Below, in pieces: positions 9,362-14,544 of a DNA stretch of 14,544 bases. The stretch comes from Octopus sinensis (lineage: Eukaryota). The translations under genes and the position numbers were made by a program. The stretch covers positions 1 to 14,544 of the forward strand of contig NW_021825750.1 in NCBI RefSeq assembly GCF_006345805.1, read 5' to 3'. How positions within the stretch are numbered: the stretch's first letter is position 1; the number at the start of each line of letters is the position of its first letter. The notes under the pieces were generated by a model, which had not been told where the DNA came from, made no database searches, and was given only the letters and a program-made list of their open reading frames with translations.

Positions 9362-9406
<45 letters not shown>

Positions 9407-9940
9407 CATACTGCAAGTAACAACAGTAAGAATAACGACAACAACATCAAGAAGAAGAGAAGAAGAAGAAGAAGAGAAGAAGAAGAAGAAGAAGAAGAGA
9501 AGAAGAAGAAGAAGAAGATAACAACAAAATCAATAGAAACAATAACGGCAATGCTTGAAGTAAGATTATTATTAAGAACTACAACAACAACAGTAAGAAC
9601 AACTATGACAACAACAGCAGCAGCAGCAGCAGCTGCCAGAGCACGACGATGACATCACCACCACCACCAGCAACAACAACAACAACAGCAACCACAACAA
9701 CAACCACAACAATAACAACGACTGCTACAACAGAAACACTAGCAATAACAGCATCAACAACGACCTTGTTTCAGAGATCGATTAGAGAGAAAGAAAGAAA
9801 GAAGAGAAGAGAAGAAAGAAAGAAAGAAAGAAGGAGAGAAAGAAAGAGAGAAAGAAAGAAAAGAAGAGAAGAGAAGAAAGGAAAGACTATAAAGAAATGC
9901 ATTGCCAGTTGCCAGTCGGTTGTGTGTGTGCGTGTGTGAT
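9362..9940. repeat. Microsatellite cluster: (AAT)n 9362-9406, (AAG)n ~9450-9520, (AAC/CAG/CAC)n ~9585-9765, (AAAG)n ~9785-9885, (GT)n ~9921-9938
   Basis: Direct inspection. Confidence 0.92.
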
Positions 9941-10238
9941 TGATTTTATTCTTTATTCTTTTCTTGCTCGGTGATTAGTTCCAGCACCAATTTTGTGGCA
10001 GAGAATAAACTTAGTAGAATAATTTTTGGTAAATTCATCTTCAGAGAGAACAACGTTTGCTTGCTGTGTGTGTGTTCTTCTTGCGGTATTATCGATTGAG
10101 TTGTTGGGGAACATATGTTCAGGTTAAGGTCGACACGAAACGAGAAACTGTGAACTAGTTAACAATATTTGGCAGTCTTTCAACTCACAAGTCTGCTTCT
10201 GGAACCATTTATTAATTCAAACTCTGGTTTTCTTCCAG

Positions 10239-10251
10239 TGACAGGGACGGG
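10239..10251 (+). other. Candidate 13-nt microexon (TGACAGGGACGGG)
   Basis: Flanked by acceptor TTTTCTTCCAG (AG 10237-10238) and consensus donor GGG|GTAAGT (10252-10257), followed by a (GT)n tract. Splice-signal inference only. Confidence 0.3.
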
Positions 10252-10368
10252 GTAAGTGTGTGTGTGTGTGTGTGTGGTGTAGGTGGGGGGTCCTTTAATG
10301 TCGGTGTTGGTGTGTCTTGTCTTCTTAAATAACGACATCATAATTTGCTGCTGTTTCTTTAACCCTAG

Positions 10369-10429
10369 ATCGCCTATTTTAAACAAGACCTACATCATCC
10401 AACAATGGCGTCCTGCCCGTTTTGTATAA
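10369..10429 (+). CDS. Candidate short terminal coding exon (SPILNKTYIIQQWRPARFV*), product unknown
   Basis: Acceptor TTGCTGCTGTTTCTTTAACCCTAG (AG 10367-10368), 19 sense codons, stop TAA 10427-10429, and AATAAA at 10745-10750. No homolog recognised. Confidence 0.25.
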
Positions 10430-10463
10430 AATAATTATGTAAAATTTGAGCGATATTTTGCAG

Positions 10464-10669
10464 TTACCATTTTTCCGGTATACCAGTCGACGTAGCATAC
10501 TATGTGAACATGTAAATATTCAAACAGCACCACTATTTTTCCAAATTCTGGTGTATTTCACATGGAATTTTTGGTCCTTTAAACTCGTCTTGGTGTATAA
10601 GTCGAGCTGTCATTTTTGGCCGTAAATTCTGGTCTGAGAAATTCGACTTATATTCCAGAAAGTAAGATA
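10464..10669. mobile_element. Degenerate Tc1/mariner-superfamily (Tc2/pogo-like) MITE remnant
   Basis: Imperfect terminal inverted repeats 10464-10490 and 10643-10669 (17/27 overall, 15/19 in the inner part). An internal TATAAGTCGA (10596-10605) is the exact inverse of TCGACTTATA (10643-10652). The ends resemble TACCGTATTTT..GGA.TATAAG-type TIRs. Confidence 0.45.
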
Positions 10670-10904
10670 TGTCTGAACAGCATATAACCATGTTGAAGTA
10701 AGTGGCCTTATTGACTTGATTAAGATATTAGAGTTAATCGGATTAATAAAAGAGGCGACTGGAGGATTAAGAGGTCGGCAAATTCTTTTATCTTTTGATC
10801 TTTACAGCTTCTTTAGCAAATCTAATTTAAATGGATAACACTTATATTTATCCATGTTATATTCCTATGTATCACATCGGCGTAAATTAATGCATATAAT
10901 GCCG

Positions 10905-11230
10905 TTGTGTGTGTAGCATTTATAATATCTACACAAACCTAGAACGGCCCTAGCTCGTTATAGTTTGTGTCTAAGAAACTTCCTAAACACCGGATTTTAC
11001 TCAGAATGCCGGAGGATCATCAGGCACACTGTTTCGATCTGATTTGGTTAACTCATGGACAAATACTTTAGACATTCTGAGTTGAGCCAGAAGAATGCTT
11101 GTTCCGATATAGAAATCGGTAAATAAAGCGTTTACTGATTTGTGAGAAAGCTAACCAGACTAGAATGAAATTAATATACACACTTGAGGCAACGTTAGAT
11201 CAGAATACCAGCCTGCATAACATATATATA
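10905..11230 (+). repeat. One ~325-bp unit of an unclassified repeat (X), + orientation
   Basis: Aligns with the reverse complement of ~11645-11985. The segment 11101-11164 versus 11704-11768 has 13 differences in 65 columns (~80%). Confidence 0.85.
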
Positions 11231-11511
11231 ATCAATATCGAAGACACACACACACAAGGTATGTGTTTTGCTAGTTCGTGAGTGGGCTGCGCTTATAGGC
11301 GTAAGAGAGTATATACTTTTCAATGCACCTGATGTTAAAACACCCGAAAGCCTTGAATTGTTTCGTTGTACGAAACGTTGGGATAGTCCAGCTGATGGTT
11401 CTTACACCATTTTGCATATAGTTAACTATATGCTTCTTAACTATTAACTATTGCTTCTAACATACAACCAATCCTGCGCCTAATATATACTCAACATAAT
11501 GTTGTTGTTTT

Positions 11512-11562
11512 TTCCGATGTGGAAATTGGTAAACAAATCGTTTACTGAATATGAGAAAGCTT
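11512..11562 (+). repeat. ~50-bp fragment of repeat X, + orientation
   Basis: TCCGATGTGGAAATTGGTAAACAAATCGTTTACTGAATATGAGAAAGCT matches 11103-11152. Confidence 0.8.
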
Positions 11563-11571
11563 GTCATAACA

Positions 11572-12028
11572 CAAGTCTCTTTGAGAAGTTTCTCTGCGGT
11601 ATAAAACCACAGATAGTGCCGTCTCATATTTGTATAGACTATATATATTATACACACGGGTATTTTAATCTAAGGCTATTTTAAGTGTCTATATTAAATC
11701 AATTCTAGGTTGGTTAGCTTTCGCAGAAATCAGTAAATGCTATGTTTAACCAATTTCTGTAATGGAATGAGCATTTTCTGGCTTGGTTCAGAACGTCTGA
11801 AGTATCCATCACTGAAGAGACGAAATCAAATTGAAACACCGTGTCTGGTGATCCACCGGCGTCGTCAGCAAATCCTTGTTTTTTTAATGCAAGTCTCTTT
11901 GAGAAGTTTCTCTGAGACAATATTACGACCTGGTGCCATTGGTGCCATTCTATATACGTAAACACATTATAGATGTGTTTACACATCAGTATTTTAATCT
12001 AAGGTTATTTCAAGTACATTATATTAAT
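11572..12028 (-). repeat. ~1.4 tandem units of repeat X, inverted
   Basis: Exact 25-nt direct repeat CAAGTCTCTTTGAGAAGTTTCTCTG at 11572 and 11890 (spacing 318). Exact 16-nt GTATTTTAATCTAAGG at 11660 and 11989 (spacing 329). Confidence 0.85.
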
Positions 12029-12270
12029 GTAGGAAAAAATATGCTAAGCACAAATTTCAGTTTACATAGTTTGTTCCCTACGTATGTTTCACCATTGTGG
12101 CTATTTGCATTGATCTGTAACGAGTAACACCACTGAGTAGAGCGGAAAGCACACCACTTTACTGGAAGTTGACTGGTTGGTGATACTCAAGATGGAGCTC
12201 TAAACTTACCAATAGGAATCGGACTGTACACGCAATAAATACTATAGAAATGTATCGTATATTTTATGAA

Positions 12271-12606
12271 CAGGAGTGGCTGAGTGGTAAGAAGCTTGCT
12301 TCCAAGCCACATGGTTCCGGGTTCAGTCCCACTGCGTGGCACCTTGGGCAAGTGTCTTCTACTATGGCCTCGGGTCGACCAAAGCCTTTTGAGTGGATTT
12401 AGTAGACGGAAATTATATCTATATTTCACCCCCACCCTCACCCACCACTGCTTGACAACTTAACGGTTCGGCAAAAGAGATCGATAGAAGAAGCGCCAGG
12501 ATTTAAACTATACACGAGCACTGATATCGATCCAATCGACTAAAAATTCTTCAAGGTGGTGCTCCAGCTTGGCCGCAGTCTAATGAGTGGAACAAGTGAA
12601 AGAAGA
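12271..12606 (+). mobile_element. SINE-B, near full length, with internal deletion
   Basis: A-box TGGCTGAGTGG (12277-12287) and B-box-like GGTTCAGTCCC (12320-12330). Colinear with the reverse complement of 793-1152. About 29 nt is missing after CTTGACAAC (~12459). Confidence 0.92.
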
Positions 12607-13226
12607 GACAAAAGCCAGGTAAATGCTGTTCTGTTTTGAAGAACGGTAAGCATCAGCGGGTTTCGTAAATAATTGGTCGAGAAAAAAAACATGTAATTGG
12701 TGGATAATGCGGAATACTTAGAGATCTTAATTTGTTTTGCCAACGGCAGAACCTCCAAAGACCAGCAGAATTAATGAGACATCTTGCAGCAAAATCATCC
12801 ACCTCAGTAACATCCGAAAGTAGACAGTACTCTCCTCTCCAAAGACACAATTTTAGACTGTTTGGTCTTTTGCCATCAACATAAGACAAACTGGCTGATT
12901 CCACAGCAGGCGGAATATTGATTAAGGCAAATAACCACATCGTTATCCTGCTAAAACATTGAACTTGGTCCCTATAAAATCTGCAGCTAATCAAATAGGA
13001 ATTCTTCACGAAGACGCAGTTGTCTGTGGTGCGTTTCAATCAATGACATGAATTTGTTGTTTTTTTTACTCCATAGAATTCACAGGATTTTTTCTCTGTA
13101 AAGACAAGAATTGGTTAGCAATAATAAGCAGGAATTAGACAATAGGAATTTTTATGATCATTATGGTCTTCATGTGCCGCAAATGGTGTACGTCGAGGAG
13201 TGAAATAATATAGTTTGGGAGACGTG

Positions 13227-13556
<330 letters not shown>

Positions 13557-13686
13557 ATATGGTTCCAAATTATACAAAGACAAACAGAAGAAAATACAGA
13601 AATAGGAACAGCAAGGAAGGTGTATTAGTTTGATATTCTGGGAAAATGGAAAAGTCTTCGACGTTTCAAGCCTAGCGCTCTTCTAT
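13557..13686 (-). mobile_element. Probable Penelope-like-element-derived remnant with a broken minimal hammerhead motif
   Basis: The minus strand reads GA-A-GAGC-GCTAG-GCTT-GAAA-C-GTC (13683-13660): stem II, GAAA, palindromic ACGT stem III and GUC triplet. The CUGAN part of the core is absent. The PLE assignment is inferred from known PLE-associated minimal hammerheads. Confidence 0.45.
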
Positions 13687-13703
13687 ATCATGCATATACT
13701 ATA

Positions 13704-13704
<1 letters not shown>

Positions 13705-13749
<45 letters not shown>

Positions 13750-13760
13750 TATATATATAC
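13705..13760. repeat. (TA)n microsatellite
   Basis: Direct inspection. Confidence 0.95.
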
Positions 13761-13866
13761 ACGTGACCACGACCAGTCATCAGATGTAGCTACACATCGC
13801 TGGTCACAATGCGTTCGCATTGTTTTAGCCTTCAATAACGCCACCCCTCGCTAAGCGAGCAGGCCA
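13761..13866 (-). mobile_element. Probable 3' fragment of a fourth SINE family
   Basis: GC-richer ~105 bp island between TA tracts with several dyads (ACAATGC/GCATTGT 13806-13823; GTGACCA 13763 / TGGTCAC 13801). It matches my recollection of the 3' half of an Octopus tRNA-SINE. No second copy in the window. Confidence 0.5.
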
Positions 13867-13871
13867 GTACA

Positions 13872-13966
13872 AATATATATATATATATACATATATATAT
13901 ACTATATATACATATATATATATACATATATATATATACATATATATACACACAGATATATGTCTA

Positions 13967-14002
<36 letters not shown>

Positions 14003-14040
14003 TGTTATGTAATGTATGTATGTATGTATGTATGTATGTA
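13872..14040. repeat. (TA)n/(TATACA) then (TATG)n microsatellites
   Basis: Direct inspection. Confidence 0.92.
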
Positions 14041-14291
14041 TTAAACGCTCGCAGTGTGGAAGACATCTATTAGCTATTCAAACCTAGACAGACTTAATTT
14101 CAGTTGAACATTTACTTGTGTCAACATTTTCGTCGCATGAACTGCGACCTGGTCACTGCCAGCATTACTCTGTATCACACACAAACACACTAACACGCAT
14201 GCACACATACACACATTTCTTTCTACAGGTCTTAAACGGACATATTTTCTAATTTATTTACGTAACTCTGGTATCATCCCCATGTACTATT

Positions 14292-14415
14292 CCTCTCTCT
14301 CTCTCTCATATATATACATATACATATATATATATATACATACATACATACAAACATATATATATACATTCATACATACATATATACATACGTACATACA
14401 CACCCACACACACAC

Positions 14416-14462
<47 letters not shown>

Positions 14463-14544
14463 TATATATATATGCACGTGTGTACATGTGTGTCTAGCTC
14501 CTCCTATCTCCGTCTCTATCCTCTCACACTCTCCCTCCGTCTCT
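14292..14544. repeat. (CT)n, (TA)n/(CATA)n and CT-rich low-complexity tract
   Basis: Direct inspection. Confidence 0.9.

Noticed and set aside
10718-10770. TAATCGGATTA (P3/paired-class homeodomain palindrome, 10735-10745) plus GGATTA (10764-10769)
   Set aside because: TAATNNNATTA-type matches are expected by chance in 14 kb of AT-rich DNA, and no independent evidence supports them.
11318-11400. CTGATG..CGAAA motifs and a GTTTCGT/ACGAAAC hairpin in the fold-back spacer
   Set aside because: The core lacks A9 and no stem II or stem I can be drawn, so this is not a hammerhead.
11714-11986. 90-aa minus-strand ORF spanning repeat X
   Set aside because: The other copy has in-frame stops and compensating indels, and substitutions between copies are spread about evenly over codon positions.
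10905-12028. Direct repeats with spacers as a possible CRISPR-like array
   Set aside because: Only two copies of each conserved word, ~320-bp spacing with homologous intervening sequence, and a eukaryotic context without cas genes.
12653-13039. 128-aa minus-strand ORF in unique sequence
   Set aside because: Non-ATG start, no recognisable domain, and no convincing flanking splice-site pair. It remains worth a BLAST but is unsupported.

Overview
Eukaryotic, AT-rich, repeat-dominated window with no confidently identifiable protein-coding gene, RNA gene or CRISPR array. Almost every ORF in the supplied track is a microsatellite artefact. The tRNA-derived SINE families and the extreme compound-microsatellite load match my recollection of coleoid cephalopod (most likely Octopus) genomes; this is an inference that needs a BLAST or Dfam check. 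Supported content: (1) five copies of one tRNA-derived SINE family (here SINE-A, all + strand), two near-full copies and one tail fragment of SINE-B, one SINE-C and a probable fragment of a fourth SINE; (2) a degenerate 3' fragment of an RTE-clade LINE ORF2; (3) a mariner-derived MITE that retains the transposase C-terminus, and a degenerate Tc2/pogo-like MITE; (4) a probable Penelope-like remnant carrying a broken minimal hammerhead; (5) many compound microsatellites. The most interesting unexplained structures are a ~320-330 bp repeat arranged both in tandem and as a long fold-back (10.9-12.0 kb), a ~150 bp composite repeat scattered over 5.9-8.0 kb, and a candidate 13-nt microexon plus short terminal exon at 10.24-10.43 kb. 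I found no convincing novel biological system; the findings are leads, not discoveries.
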